NCBI GenBank assembly: GCA_001938485.1
Contig: MQRK01067526.1
Span: forward strand, 1 to 60,965
Direction of reading: 5' to 3'
Origin: Girardia tigrina
Taxonomy: Eukaryota
Length of the DNA stretch: 60,965 nucleotides
The position numbers and the translations under genes are program-made. The notes under the pieces are model-generated. The model was not told the origin of the DNA. It ran no database searches and was given only the letters and a program-made list of their open reading frames with translations. Numbering within the stretch: the first letter of the stretch is position 1; each line of letters opens with the position of its first letter. This document shows, in pieces, positions 1 through 14,250 of the stretch.

Positions 1-112
1 TAAAATATCAATTTTCCATCTGGGTGGGAGAAACACATTTCCAAATACTAAACTCAACATACAAAATTCAACAAACCAATTTCAACATACCAAATTTAAA
101 ATATTCCTCACA
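1..112 (-). repeat. Copy 1 of unnamed TGTGAGGAAT-module dispersed family (runs off the window edge)
   Basis: Reverse complement is nearly identical to 9691-9801 (TGTGAGGAATATTTTAAATT...TGTGTTTCTCCCAC(A/C)CAGATGGAAAATTGATATTTTA). Confidence 0.85.
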
Positions 113-423
113 AGTACTATGATCTTCGATAATGTTGGATTCTAGATTAGAAATCACAATTTCACACAAAATGTTAATAATAAAAATTATACACATATTT
201 AAACAAATGTTTCGTTAATTATATAAATCATTTGGCCAAAAATGATTTATTAAATTTTCTTTAAATCATATTTCTATTTTTGTTAAAATTTATTAAACTT
301 TCAATATGTTAAATTTATCTCTGCAGTTTTCTGCTTTTGTTTAAAAATATTTAAATTATTTTCAATTTTATTTAGAAGAACCTTTTTATTTTCAAAATCA
401 TTTCGTAAAAAATATATAACTAA

Positions 424-825
424 TTTTTATTTGAAAACATGTTTCGCCACTTTTTTTACAGAACTAATTTTTAATTTCTTTCAAAATAATTATGAATTTT
501 ATCCCGTTCATTGTTTTTATTATTTATTTTAAAATTACTTTTCCTAAATATTTTCCTATTAAAATATATTGATTTTAATTAATTTAAACTTTTAATTTGT
601 TTTACATAATTATTTAATTTTTGTTTGTTTTTAAAAAATTCTTTAACTTTTTTTAGTTTTGTATTTAATTAGAAAGTTATTGTTTATATAGAAAGATGAC
701 CATTACATCACAGTGTGTTACGTCAAAAATGGTCATCTTTCTATATAAACAATAACTTTCTAATTAAATACCGAACTGAAGATGCCACAAAAGTGGCGAA
801 ACATGTTTTCCAATAAAAATTTTTT
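424..825. mobile_element. Penelope-like 3' end (pLTR) fold-back remnant with no coding sequence
   Basis: Perfect 44-bp inverted repeat 661-704/728-771. The sequence matches the 3' UTR of the GIY-YIG-bearing PLE at 56100-56205. A partial antisense hammerhead at about 433-454 is separated from the left arm by about 200 bp of AT-rich DNA. Confidence 0.8.
773..810 (+). ncRNA. Minimal type-I hammerhead ribozyme (PLE-associated)
   Basis: GAA-CTGAAGA-T-GCCAC-AAAA-GTGGC-GAAA-CATG-T-T-TTC: CUGANGA and GAAA cores, 5-bp stem II, palindromic stem III (ACATGT), GUU triplet, 3-bp stem I. Confidence 0.8.
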
Positions 826-1434
826 TTAGTTTTATATACTTTATGCATTTTTTATATTTTACGTAATTATATAATTTTTGTTAAAATTAAAAAATTTCTG
901 GTGTGTTAAAAAGTCGCAAAACAATTTGAAAATAAAAAAAACAATTTTTATTAAATACGTAAAATACGTAATTTAATAAATATTTTTCTTATTATAGTTT
1001 TACAGTATTTATATTTTTTTAAATTGAAAATCGTGTTCATTTAAAAATAAATTTTCATGGAAAAGATTCAATTATTTATTTGTAGAAAAAAATCCCTCAT
1101 TTGACATTGAGAAATTACAGAGTCTGTGAAATAATTAATGCTCTTCAATAAGAAAATATTATTTTGCTAAAAATTCACCGCAAAAGTCCGCCAATTTAAC
1201 TTACAAAATAACAAAACGAAATTGGAAAATTATTTCCAAAATAATTTTTTGTTTTCTTTTTGATTTTTACATGAAAATTTTGAAAGAAAATATTTTCTAA
1301 ATTTTGTGTTTTATCAATAATAATTCCACTTGTAGAGAAAATGATGTAAAATTTAAATCAGAGAAACATGAAAACAGGAATGAAAATTTAAGATTTAAAT
1401 ATAAAATAATACAATAAGACAAATACATGCTTTT

Positions 1435-1871
1435 AATTTTTACGAAAATATCAAATATATAATTGTCTTTCTTAACAACGTCAATATGAGTTTTGCAACA
1501 TTTATTATTATCACAAGCGCATTCACTATTTGACATATCTCTTGATCGATATTTTTCTGAGTTTAAACTAATTATTTTCAATAAATGAAGATCTGTTAAT
1601 AAAAATTATTAATTATAAAGAATTTAATTGGTTGAAATTAAATCTAAACATTTTTAAAAAAAAAGAACATATTAAATTAATATTTTAAAATTTTAATTTA
1701 CATTAAAAAATAAATAATACATTCCAAAATTATTTTAAATCTTTTTACTTTAAAATTAAATTAAATTATTTTTAATTAGTAGGAATCAAAGAAAATATCA
1801 ATCATCCATCTGTGCAGGAGAGGAACAATCCGAATCAACATACAACATGCACAATATCAACACACAATTCA
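1435..1871 (-). repeat. Copy 2 of TGTGAGGAAT-module family (5' boundary missing)
   Basis: Colinear with 25260-25630 (inverted), 3640-3920 and 31640-31950. ATG at 1536 gives MSNSECACDNNKCCKTHIDVVK. Confidence 0.8.
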
Positions 1872-2334
1872 CAGTCTTGCCAAAATACGATTTACATCCC
1901 AAATAGATTTTTTAACAGTGAACATTAAAATAATTAAAATTTACATGAAAAAAATTAACAATCAAAAGTGCTCAAATTTACAAGATTACACAACACCACC
2001 GAAATGCAAATTTTTCTGGCTTTCATATCCGGGCCATATCGTCTTTGGACAACAACCATCATATTTGACCCTAACGAGGACCGCCGTTTTATCAATGAAA
2101 TTCACAACTCCATTTTAGCCAAACCATTTGTATTTTGAATATTTTGATATTTTTTATGCTGTATAATACAATGCATTTTGTTTTAGATTAGTAACTCTCC
2201 TACACATGTAGCTGATTGATATGTTTTAATTAGTTGATCAAAAGTAATGCAATAAGATCAAAGTTTAAATGTAAAATAATTTAAAATTTTATTACTTAAA
2301 ATTTTATAATCTAAAATTTTGTAATTTTAATTAA

Positions 2335-2997
2335 CCGCCCTACCCATACGAACGTACGCGATACGGCCGCTATATTATCGCCCTAACGCAACAAACCGTA
2401 TCCCGTACGTTCAGGCACAAAAAAACTATATTCGAAGCCCACAAAACGTTCGTGATACGTTCGCTCGTGATTTTATCGTCTTTCCCCCTATAAATTAAAA
2501 TAAAAATGTAAAATGTTTGGTTTTATTTGTATTTTTTATTGTAATAAAATAAAAATGTTTATTTTTATGTATTTTTTAGTTAATAAAATAAAAATAAGTG
2601 CTAAAATATATGATTTTTATTATGAATAAAAAATCGCTTTGTAGCAGTGAGGTCTATATCCAGTATCCTCTCACCCCGAAAAGTCATAATTCACGAGCCT
2701 TTTGAACACCAACAATATTTTTTTATGAATTGAGATTATGTTGATAGATATATTACATTCAATACAATATATATTAGCTAAAATATTCAATAGATTATTA
2801 TTACAAGAATTATTCGGCGACATCTTATGTTGAGAACCTCTGACTTGCAAAGGATACAAAAAAGGTTCATAAATGAGTCTATTGAGTAAAAGTTTTTTCT
2901 GGTATATTGTAAACAAGTATTATTATTTCAAAATATAATGAAAAAAACCCGATGTTTTTTTACCTACTTTTTGAATAATAACCCAGACGTAGGGCGG
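2335..2997. mobile_element. piggyBac-like MITE / non-autonomous element
   Basis: TTAA|CCGCCCTAC ... GTAGGGCGG|TTAA: 9-bp TIR with TTAA target duplication on both sides. No transposase ORF. Confidence 0.7.
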
Positions 2998-3539
2998 TTA
3001 AAAATTTAATTTAATTTAAATTTATTGTAATAGTTTTTAAACAATTTAATTTTTTAAATTGTATTGACAACATCAACATGATTTTTCGAACATTTATTAA
3101 TGTGAGAAGTGGTTGCAACATCAATATCTGAATTCATTTTTTAAAACCAAAATTTATTAATATAACAACAATTCACATATATAAACAAATTTTTCTGTTA
3201 ATTTAATTATCTCACCACAAATTAATCTATTAAATTCTTTTCGATTCAATTTTTAAAATCTTGCAAATTTAATAAATACATTTCACATTAAAACTAAAAA
3301 TTTATTTTAAAATTTATTTAAAATTGTTTCATAACTTATATTAAAATATATAAATTGTTATGACTAAAAATATTTTTATTTGTAAATAAATATTTAATGA
3401 TTTTCTTATCATTTTTAATTATAAAATATTTAATAAGCATATTAACATTAAAATATTTTACCTTTTAAATTTAAAAAAAATAATAAATTATTCTGGCGAG
3501 ATAAAAATTTAATTTAACCCCTCATAATTAAAATCACAA

Positions 3540-3934
3540 ATCATGACAACAAATATTCAAACCACTCTCGCTATTCGACATTTTTCTTGATTAATATATT
3601 TCTGTCCTCCTAGTTCTTATGCAAACAAATGGAAAAAATATTATAATATTAACTAATTATCAAAATATTATTGGTTAAAATTAGATCTATATATTTTTCA
3701 AATTAAATTAAATTTTTATATAACATTTAAAAATTAAAGATTATATTTAAAAATTTAAAAATTACATTTGAAAAATATTTTAAATATTTTTACATTAAAA
3801 TTAAATTAAATTATTTTTAATTAGTAGGAATCAAAGAAAATATCAATCATCCATCTGTGTAGGAGAGGCACAATCCGAATCAACATACGACATGCAAAAT
3901 ATAAAACAACGAACAATTCAGAACATTCCTCACA
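3540..3934 (-). repeat. Copy 3 of TGTGAGGAAT-module family
   Basis: Starts TGTGAGGAATGTTCTG at 3934. ATG at 3581 gives MSNSESGLNICCHDL. Confidence 0.8.
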
Positions 3935-4109
3935 AATTGAATGTTTTTTTTGTTTTTTTATTTATTGTTTAGAAATATATATTTATATTATTCTTTTATT
4001 TTATATAAATACTTATATTATTCATCAAAGAAGGCACCTAAATTATTAACACATATTTGCTATTTGAGCGGAAGCTTGTTGAGGCCATTTTAATTAAAAT
4101 TTAGTGGAC

Positions 4110-4530
4110 GAGAATCTATAAATTTCTGGAAGTCCATTTTTATAGCATCTTCGGAATTGAATTTTTTTCTTATCAGAAAGTTGTTCATATTTAGGAAAAA
4201 ATAGTAGTCAGTTGGGGGTATGTCGAATATAGGGTATGATGCAAAACTTCCAACTAGAATTCTTGTAGTTTTGTCATTGTCGTAAGTGTAGTATATTGTT
4301 TTGCATTGTCGTGGAGATAGATGGGAGTCGAACTGTTCACCAAAGGCGACTGTATTTTTTGAGTTTCCATGTCGTAAATTCTAATTGGTTACTTTAGTTC
4401 ACACCTGTGGCAAACTACCAAACACTCACCATCAACTTCCTTTGATAAATGTTGTGCTTTGAACAGTGTTTTTGTAATTCATTCATGTCCACCAAGCTTC
4501 CAGAACGTATGATATTGTCATATTTGATTC
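4110..4530 (-). pseudogene. Degenerate mariner transposase fragment
   Basis: Minus-strand peptides QRKLMVSVW and PIYLHDNAKQYTTLTTMTKLQEF*LEVLHHTLYSTYPPTDY, with stops and frameshifts. Confidence 0.75.
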
Positions 4531-5429
4531 GCTTTCAAAATTTTCTAAATTTTCAAGTTTTTTTTGATTTTTTTCATTTAATTTTATTATATAAACATTT
4601 TACTGTTGATGGTTTTTGTATGTAAGATACAAAATTGTATTTATTTTCAGTCAGATATAAATTTATGTCGGAAGACCAGAAAAATAAATGGTTGACATAT
4701 TTTAGAAAGAGCTAGTCCCACAAAAATTACATAAAATTTATTTTTCCCATATACATTTTGAATACTACTTTGACAGGAAATAATGAAGAAATATCGAATA
4801 CTTTTTTTACGATATTTATCTTTGAAATTTCAAGGAAAACATTGTAAAAACTTAAATTAAAAATAAATGTCATTTCAACAACGATCAATCACTTTGGATC
4901 CTTCTTCATACATATTCGGATCAAATAGTTTATGATCTTTCAATTATCAACATTTTTGTCGGTTTCGTTTAAACTCGTTCTAATTATTTTATCATTATAT
5001 TCTTAAAATAATTATTCATAATTTTTATAATATATTTTTCTTTTTAAATAAAATAAATACAATTATCAGTGTGACGAATGAATTCCAGTAAAAAGAGCGA
5101 AATATATAAAAGCCACTAAATATTCTTATAAAAAATCAATTTATTATAATTATTATGATAAAAATATAAATCATAATTAAAATTTTCAAAAAACACGTCT
5201 GAAATTAATTTTTTTATTAAAAAAAACTAGAATATTGTAAAAATTTTCAAATATTAAAAAAAAGGTTGTTACAAAATGATTTTTGATTTTTTGTATTTAC
5301 CTCAATGTTATACGACTAGAGCATGAATGAAGTTATGAGTCATTCGAAAGCTTAATTTATACTCTTTTAGATATATTTGTCTAAAGCTTATTATAATGTT
5401 TCTTTTGTTAATAATTTCAATTTTAATTG

Positions 5430-6489
5430 CAGATGTAGAAACGTGATTTTCGCAAAATTTACTTATACGAGTTCAAGCTAGAGTGTAATGCAGCTCAAAC
5501 CGCTCGAAACATCAACGAGGTTTGAGACAAGGGAAGTGAAACCGAATATATGGTGTAGCACTGGTATTACATTTTTTGCTCTGACAATACCAGCCTGGAA
5601 AATGAGCCTCATAGTATCCGCTCATCGATCATTGACAACGACAAATTGAAGAAGCTGGTGGAAGCCGATCCTCGCAGGACTGTTTAAGCACTCGTAGAAG
5701 AGCTTCACGTTGATCCATTAACTTTCACTCGGCACTTGAAGCAAATAAGAAAGTCGAAAAAGCTCAATAAATGAGTGCTTCTTTTGAGGTGTCGTCCGTG
5801 CTTCTTCTGAACTACAAGAAAACCCGTTTTCTATCGGATTGTGACGTGTAATGAGAAGTGAATTCTCTTCGACAATTGGTGACTTTGCGCGCAAAAATAT
5901 GATCGCTATGAGGCTCCTCGCCACTTTCCGAAACCGAAACTCCACTAAAAGAAGGTTATGGTGACTATTTGGTGGTCTTCAACCAGTCTCATCCATCCCA
6001 GCTTTCTGAATACGGGTGAAACGATCACCGCAGAGAAGTACTGTAAACAAATTGACAAAATGCATCATGAGCTCCGATTCATGTAACCGAGATTGGTCAA
6101 TATGAAGGGAACAATTCTCCTCCACGACAACGCCCGGTCAAATATCGCAAAACCGACTCTACGAAAGCTAAACGAATTGGGCTGCGAAACTCTGCCTCAT
6201 TCATCCTACTCACCAGACCTCTCACCCACCGACTTCCATTTTTAAAGCAACTGGACGATTTGCTCCAGGAAAAATGCTTCAAAAACCAAGACGACGCTAA
6301 AGACGCCTTTAACGCTTTCATCGCACTAAGAACACAAGAGTTTTACTCTAGGGGCATCAATAAATGTGTTTATCGTTGATGTATTGACTTTGATGGTTTT
6401 TTTTTCGATTAATAAAGTTTATTCTGTGCTGAGTTACATTTGTTTAGAGTATAGGTTCAAAAACCTGCATTGCTTTTACAACAACCCAA
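5430..6489 (+). mobile_element. Degenerate mariner element
   Basis: KVMVTIWWS, GTILLHDNAR and LPHSSYSPDLSPTDFH motifs. 3' end ...ACAACAACCCAA|TA resembles a mariner TIR. Confidence 0.9.
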
Positions 6490-6699
6490 TATTTATATTC
6501 AATTGATATGAATATGCAACCAGCTTAATTTATCCTTGGGTCCTCGTTAAAAACTTTGAATATGTCTTTTGCTAAGTATCAGATTTAAACAAATAATGCG
6601 TCTTTTTATTTCACAACGTACCTAATTCAACGTATGAAATGTATTTTAAATCAAAGAAATTTAAAAATGAAATAAAAATTGGAAATTCTAAAATGTTTA

Positions 6700-7367
6700 A
6701 CAAACAACTCTGTATGAAATCAATATATTTTGTTTAAAAATTGTTAAAATGTTCTTAACACAAAGGTCAGAAATGTTTGAGAAGGACAAAATAGTTCAAG
6801 ATTTCACAGTGATCATACGCATTGAAACTTATATTAAAACCGCATTGTTAAATGTGATGAAAAGTGGATTTTGTAGGACAGCAGGAAGCATTTTGATCAG
6901 TGGTTAGCTAAAAATGAGCTCCATAACTCTTTCCAACGGCCAAAACCCACCAAAAACGTTATGCTTACAATATGGTTGTCGGCGGAAGGTGTCATAAACT
7001 TTTGTCTTTGAAAAATTATATCAATTACAACCGACATGGGTCAATAGGATGGGCCCAATCCTCTTGAATAACAACACCAGACTACACGTTTCACGAATCC
7101 CTACTCCTCTACCATACTCAGACATTTCGGCAACGGATGACAGTAGGATCTTAGCCAATTAAACAAAGCAGAAGGAGCACTCATCAACTTAATAGAATTC
7201 TCCCAACCGAAGGTTTGCAGTGATGAAATGAGTCACCTGTTGACTTGTTGGCAAAAATCTGCTGATTCAAATGGTGTTTGTTTCGGTTAAATTCAATAAC
7301 TATTTTGAAATTTATGACGTTTTGAAATTAACAACATAAAAGATGCCAAACTTCTGTACTAACCTAA
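6700..7367 (+). mobile_element. Degenerate, internally deleted mariner
   Basis: KCDEKWI, NVMLTIW and PILLNNNTR motifs. Ends ...ACTAACCTAA|TA. Confidence 0.75.
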
Positions 7368-8236
7368 TACTAATAACCTAATTTCACGACAATATATATT
7401 CATGAAAAAAAATTCACTAAATAAATATAATAAAAAATACTGATTTTATAAATTAAAAAAAAATAAACGACAAATCAATAAAATTTAAAAACATCATTAA
7501 TGTTTAATGAGACAAATGAATAAAAGTTTTTTGTTAATGCTTCTCATAAATTTTATATTAACTCAAATGAACATTAATATTATATTATTGATAATATATA
7601 AATAATTCAATTATTTCATGAAACAATATTCATCAAATATAAGTATTTTAATAAAATATTATCACACAAATATTTCAAATAAAATATTTTAATTAAGAAT
7701 GACTTTGAGGAATTATATTTAATATTATTTATTTATATTAATATTATTTCAAAATGGTTTCTATTAAACTGTTAAGAATAATTTAAAGTGAACATTTTAA
7801 ATTAATTTATTAATATAATTTTAATTTATAAATTAGGTTTTGAAAAATGTTCTCCTGCAAGATTATATTCGTTAATATAATTTTTAAATAAATAACTTGC
7901 AGTTAAAAATAAAAACATTTGTTTTTGTTCTTTCCGTGTTAAATAATCTTCTATCTTTCATAAAGGTTGTTTCATTTTGGATATTGTAAGCATAATTAAT
8001 GCTTACTTATTTAAATTAAATATATTAATTAAAAATTAGGAAATCAAAATTTTTTTTATATCCATTCTTTATGGAGGCAGAGAATTTTTTTTGTTATCCT
8101 TTGTAGAAGGCAAAATTACTATTACATTTATTAATATTATTAATATTTATTAATTTGTTAATACTTTTTTATCTTTACTTTTTTAGCGTAATATAAACTA
8201 CTTATAATTTATAAGTAGATCTTTTTCAATTAATAT

Positions 8237-8441
8237 TGTTCAGGCACTCCGATTAAACAGTTTTTCCCATTTCTGAGATCTTAAAAAGTTTTTTTTGATA
8301 AAATTTTCACATTTTATTGTCATCGAGAATGAGTAAGTGTGCAAAGTTTGAAGAAAATTGATTGAGTATAAAGCCTTCAAAAAGAGGTTTCTAAATTCAA
8401 TGAATACCTATATACCTAGAAAGTAAGTTAATAAAAAGAAT
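8237..8441 (+). repeat. Dispersed non-coding repeat (possibly Helentron/DINE-like)
   Basis: Inverted copy at about 9372-9509 and a third copy at about 15522-15700 plus 16320-16365. Shared ...AAAGTAAGTTAATAAAAAG end. The superfamily is a guess. Confidence 0.7.
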
Positions 8442-9199
8442 GAAAAAAGATTAATATTTATGCTGTTTAAGTTTAATGTTTTAAAGACAAAAATACAATT
8501 TAAAAAATTGTCTTATTGTTGATTACTCATTGAGTTCAAATAATTTAAATGAAAATTGAATCTCCCACAGATATAATTATTGATGTTTTTAAGACTGTAT
8601 CCACTTAAGATTTACAGGAAGATCTAAGATTTAAAATTCAAAATTTGAAATTAAAGTAATTAACCTTAAATCCGAAGTTGCAACGGTACTCTTTCATTAT
8701 TTTTTATATCAATTTTTGAATATATTAATAGTTTTTATTTTATTCCTAAAAAAATTTATGCCGTAATTTTTAACCTTTTACTTAAAACCTGGATTTTTAA
8801 ATCTGGGGAAATTAAAATTCAAGGAAAAGTTGAAAGGAACATATGGATATCGTCTTCTCTAATACGAAAAGCGATAAAATAACATTAATATTTATAGAAA
8901 AGAAAAAGCAAATATTTGTTCATATATTATATAAATAATAGAGTATACAATTTTGATTGTATGAGAATTATGGTTGATAAGAGGAAAAAAATAATAAATA
9001 ATAACAATAAATAATAATTCTTGAAAGTCTGAACTGAATATTAAACAGTCTCCAAATATTACTTTATAAAACAATAGCGGTAAATAATAATTTAATTCTT
9101 AATATTAATTGTTGAACTAATTTAATAGTTTTACAATATTTATATGCATTTAAATAATAAATTATAAATTCATTTTAATACACTTGATTTACAGATTTC

Positions 9200-9590
9200 T
9201 CAGGAGCGGAGTGAGAATTGGGTGAATTCCATGTCTGACCGCATTCATGCGGTAATTGTAGCCAAGGGTGGTCAAACTGGCTATTGATTCATAGCAATCT
9301 GTGTAAACACTTTCTAAGTATATCTAAATGTTTTGCTGGTCATTTAGTCAAATAAATATTAATTTTTTTCTTTCTTTTTATTAACTTACTTTCTAGGTAT
9401 ATAGGTATTCATTGAATTTTGAAACCTCTTTTTGAAGGCTTTATGCTCAATCAATTTTCTTCAAACTTTGTACACTTACTTATTTTTGATGTCAATAAAA
9501 TGTGAAAATGTTGTTGTTCATCTTATATTTCTTAAAATTCAGAAAAATTAACAAAATTTAAAATTGGTCTTAAACTTTTAACAAAAACTG
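9200..9590 (+). mobile_element. Tc1-family 3' remnant, interrupted by the 9372-9509 repeat
   Basis: VNSMSDRIHAVIVAKGGQTGY* is a typical Tc1 C-terminus. Ends GGTCTTAAACTTTTAACAAAAACTG|TA. Confidence 0.75.
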
Positions 9591-9690
9591 TATTATAATT
9601 ATATTTAAAACAATAAGAAATACAAAGTATGAATAATTCATTGTTAATTCATTGCTTATCGGCTTGTGTGGGTGCCGAATATTTCATACC

Positions 9691-10240
9691 TGTGAGGAAT
9701 ATTTTAAATTTGTATGTTGAAATTGGTTTGTTTAATTTTGTATGTTGAGTTTAGTATTTGGAAATGTGTTTCTCCCACACAGATGGAAAATTGATATTTT
9801 AGATGTTCACGATAAATAATTATTCGAGTATAATTTAGATTTTAAAGTACAACATAAGATATTTAAAAACATTAAAAATATTAAATCGTTTCAAATTTTC
9901 ATATTAAAATTTAAATAAAATAAATAGTTTTAACTAAGTTTTGAATTAATTAAATGTTCTTTCTTTCCGTAAAATAATTTTTAAATAAAATTAATATGTA
10001 AATAAAATTAATAATAAAACTACAAAATTTGAACTTTAAAAATAAAATCAGAAAATAATGAAAAATTTGTTCGAATAATTGTTTATTAAAAAACATTAAC
10101 AAAAAGTTATCAATTTAGAACGATGTCGAATTACGAGAGTTTTGCTGAGAATTGTCCAAAAGACAATTCTAATTGTGTTGAAAATAAAAGGTCGAAAACC
10201 CATGTTGGTGTTCTTAATAATACCGATGATGTGTTTTGAG
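9691..10240 (+). repeat. Copy 4 of TGTGAGGAAT-module family
   Basis: TGTGAGGAAT at 9691. TTTAG just before ATG 10123, which gives MSNYESFAENCPKDNSNCVENKRSKTHVGVLNN. Confidence 0.8.
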
Positions 10241-11534
10241 CCAGTGTAAGAGAGAGAAATAAGGAAAAACTCGCTCTGGTTGGCTGATCAAGCAGAGCGA
10301 GTACTGGATAGACAAAGAAATTCATTATTTTTGATTTTTTTGAATTATTGATGAATTTTAATTTTTTTGTTAATACTCGATTGATAGTTTTATAAAGTTG
10401 TATTTCTCGATTTGGTGAAGTTTCGTGAATTTCTTTTGGTGATTGAGTTTCTCAATTTTCGAATATTATTGTAAGAAATGAATCTTTCTTTAAATAATTT
10501 TTAAAAGAAAGAGACACTCGATATGTGAAATTTGATTTGAAAGCGATTCAATTTTTATTATGCTCGAATGTTGTTTTATGAGATGAACTTTCGTCGATTG
10601 ATGATTTTAAAAAGACATTTTCAATTTATGAATTATGATTTTTACCGGGCTCTAGCGGTTAAAATTGAAAAATGGTATTTTATTTCTTCTTTTGAGAGAA
10701 ATTCAATCAATTGTTATTTTTGTGATTTTGAAATGATTTTTGAATTAAAAATAAAGATTTATATTTCGTCAATGAATGAATTATGGATTTTAAATGTTAT
10801 TGAATATAAAGATATCTCATCACTCAACGACATTGGAATTGTATAATCAACGCAATTAACAAATAGATGATAGAAAGTTTAAATGAAATTTATTTAAAAA
10901 ATGGGGTCTGTACAATGAGACTGGGCGCTCAGATGATCCACTGAGAACCCAAGCTACCACCATCCGGTTCTCGAAGCAACGTAAGGATCAGTCGGAACAT
11001 TTAAGTTTGACGATATATTTAATCATAAACAAATATTTACAAAAAATGTGTGGAGAGGCAGCATTAAGATTGACCGAACTTTTTACAACTTGAGACATTT
11101 ATATATAATTAAATTAAATTAAATAATTAAATATAAAGTAATTAAAAAAATATTAATAAATAATTAAATCTAATAATTAAATCAACTATTAAAAAAGTAT
11201 AAAATAAATAAATTACTTAATTAAATAGCTTTTGTCACAGTCTAATTGCATTATTTTGTTTATTTTCCCTTATTGATTTTATTTCAAAATTGCAAATCGG
11301 TGAGTTGTAATCACCATATATTTGAAATCTTTAATAAGGGTTTGATTGATGTGTGTAAAAATAAAATGAAAATGTAAAAAAGTGTTCGATGTGTGTGCGA
11401 TATGTTTGCTTGTGAACATTTCTATGCAGATGAGTGTGAAAATGGGGAGATATGATTGGTGTGTGTGCCTTTTGTTTGTGTTTGTATGTAAATGTTTTTT
11501 TTGTAATTGTCACAATTTCACAAATGATTGTGTA

Positions 11535-12085
11535 TGTGAGGAATATTTGAATGTTTGATGTTTTGTGTTTGAATGTGTATGTTGATTTGGAAATGTGTCT
11601 CTCCTACCCATATGGAGGATTAATATTTGAATTCTTATTATCTAAAAATATTTAATGTTTAAATTTATTTTTAATTTCAAATAATTTTAAAATTTTAAAT
11701 CAGTTAATTAATTTTTATAATATTTAATAAATAAATCAAATTAATATTTTTTAAATAATTAATAATCATTTTAATTATTATCCAATAAGTTTTGAGTAAA
11801 TATTTTAATAAAATATTTATTTCCCGATTTGCTAAAAAATAATGAGAATTAATTCATTAATCAATTTCGTTTAGAATGCAAATGTACGAAAGTTTTGACA
11901 AAGACTGTTTTAAGGACAATCAAAATTGTTGTTTAAATAAAAATATAAAAAGTCAAATTGGTGTTCTTAATAGTGTAAAAAATGGAAATCAATTAAATAG
12001 AAAATTTAAAAAAGAAAAAGAATGTTTTTTTTCAAATTCGAAGTTAAAAATAAAACAGAATGAGTTTCAAAAGAATTTGAAATAA
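11535..12085 (+). repeat. Copy 5 of TGTGAGGAAT-module family
   Basis: TGTGAGGAAT at 11535. TTTAG then ATG 11876, giving MQMYESFDKDCFKDNQNCCLNKNIKSQIGVLNS, which aligns without gaps to the copy 4 peptide. Confidence 0.8.
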
Positions 12086-13292
12086 TGCGTGATAAAATTG
12101 TGCCTTTGTTATGCGGATCGTTTAATACAATTACAAATATACATTTAAGAATGTTCGACGATTCTGATGACTTGATTCCTGCGGAGAAACAAGTGAAATT
12201 AGAAGTCGATGTTTCTAATGATTCTTCTCATCATGACCTTCGTATCGAAACAAGACACAGTTTCTGCAACAATGTGCCTGGAACTTTAATCCAGAGATTT
12301 TTAATTTAATCATGAAAGGAGTTTTGAGATAAAAAAGAATTTATAAAGGAAAAAAAGAATGACTGTTCTTTTATTTTAAGAGTTGAATATTGCGAGACAT
12401 TTACAAATGATTATTGTTTGGAAATATACCGGAAAATAAATTATCAACAGAAATCATTTGCGCTCCTCAATGTTTGATTCGGTCCCCCCTAAAATACAAA
12501 GCCGATCGGAAATGAAATGAAATCCGCCGTGAACTATTAAATCACGACATTAGATAATAAAATTAACAATTAAAATTGAATTATTTATTTATTTTTTTTC
12601 GTGACTAAATAAATCCAATTTAAGCCAAATATCAAAACAATAATATTTATATATTTATGCTCATTATATTTACTTAATATTCAGATAAATATATAAATGT
12701 TAATAAATTGTCAATCGCTCGCGTCAGTGCGCTGTCAGAACAAATAAGACTTTTCTATCAAAGAGGATGTTTGATATTTTCGGCGGCTGAGTTTTGATTA
12801 TTACTTTATATATTTTTGATCATTTGAAACAAGAAACTCAATTTATATATTTATTATATTTTAATATAATGAGTATTTTCCATAAATATTATTAAATATA
12901 TTGATTTTAGAAAATATTTTTTGAATTTCTCAGAGAGAAAATTTTAACATTATCTTCACTTTAGGACGATATGGTTAAAGGGTTATCAATAAAATAATAG
13001 TTTATTTTGAAGTGTATGGACAATTTTGAAGAAGAGTTATACCAATAAACATATTTTAAATACGAAAAGCCTCAAAGTTATTTATTGTAATACTACAGTG
13101 TGTTACTATATATGCTCAATTTCAATTTTTGATATTCAATAAATGATTGAAAATAAAACTGCAAGATGGATTACGCTCAGTATTTCTAGTTCTAAAGATG
13201 ATGATTTGTATAAAAAATGTACAGGGCATCGTTTATGACTTAGAAAGTGATATAATAACAGTCTGCTGTCATATACAATAACAATTTAATTA

Positions 13293-14250
13293 CAGTAAAA
13301 TCTTGATTATAATGCGCACTTTATTTCCTGAAAATACCTTTGGAATTTCGGGTGCGCGTTATATACGAGTACTCAATATTTTAACGAAAATATACTCATA
13401 AAACTTTCGCAATTCAATTGAAACATAAAAGTATCTCAAAGAAATATAAGCTTGTTTGTAATAATTCATAGTTTTAAGTTTTAATGTCCATGTCCTCATT
13501 ACCGATTCCTCTGAAAATAAGCCCATGAGCGTATTTAAGTATATAAAAAAACACGATTTTCCGAAAGATATCCCAGGGATTATTTACGGAAATATCCGAT
13601 ACTATTCATGAAACGCAATTCACGCAAATCGTTAGAAACTATAGCATCCGAATTATGTTCTGGGTCGATGTCAATATAATGGATGCTATTCTTATTTTCA
13701 AGGTCGACGTCTTTCAAGATCATCGTCTTCAGTTCAATCCAGCGCATTAGAAATAGAACATTTCAAAAAACCGTTCTTTGCAATTCATACAACATGCAAT
13801 TCATCCCAAGTATCATCGATCCTATGGATAATTTGATGATGGAAGAAAATAAAAGAAATGTCATTACCACAACATCTTAAGATCAGGTATTGTACGTACC
13901 TGAGGAGTAGGCGCTCTCATGTTTCCATGTTTGGTGTGTGTTTGGCGCCTTCTACAAACCATGTATTCCACTTAGCTTTAAGAGCATCCTTCATTGGCTT
14001 GTTCACTGACAAATCCAATGGCTGCAATAGTTTCGTCATTCCTCCAGGGATTATAGCTATATCAGTATTTTCGGCACGCAGCTCATCTGCTATAAATGGC
14101 ATGCAATGACAGCGGAATGAATCTAATACCAGAAGTGATCGCCTTTTTAGGAATCCACCACTATGATTTGATCACACTGTCTTTATCCAATCTTTAAAAA
14201 TTTTTTCATTCATCAACCCATTCTGTTGTGCACGAACATAGACACCTGAT
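13293..14250 (-). mobile_element. pogo/Tigger-type transposon 3' remnant (DDE_1)
   Basis: LVLDSF and IIPGGMTKLLQPLDLSVNKPMKDALKAKWNTW motifs. TA|CAGTAAAATCTTGATTATAATGCGCAC terminus at 13293. Confidence 0.85.
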
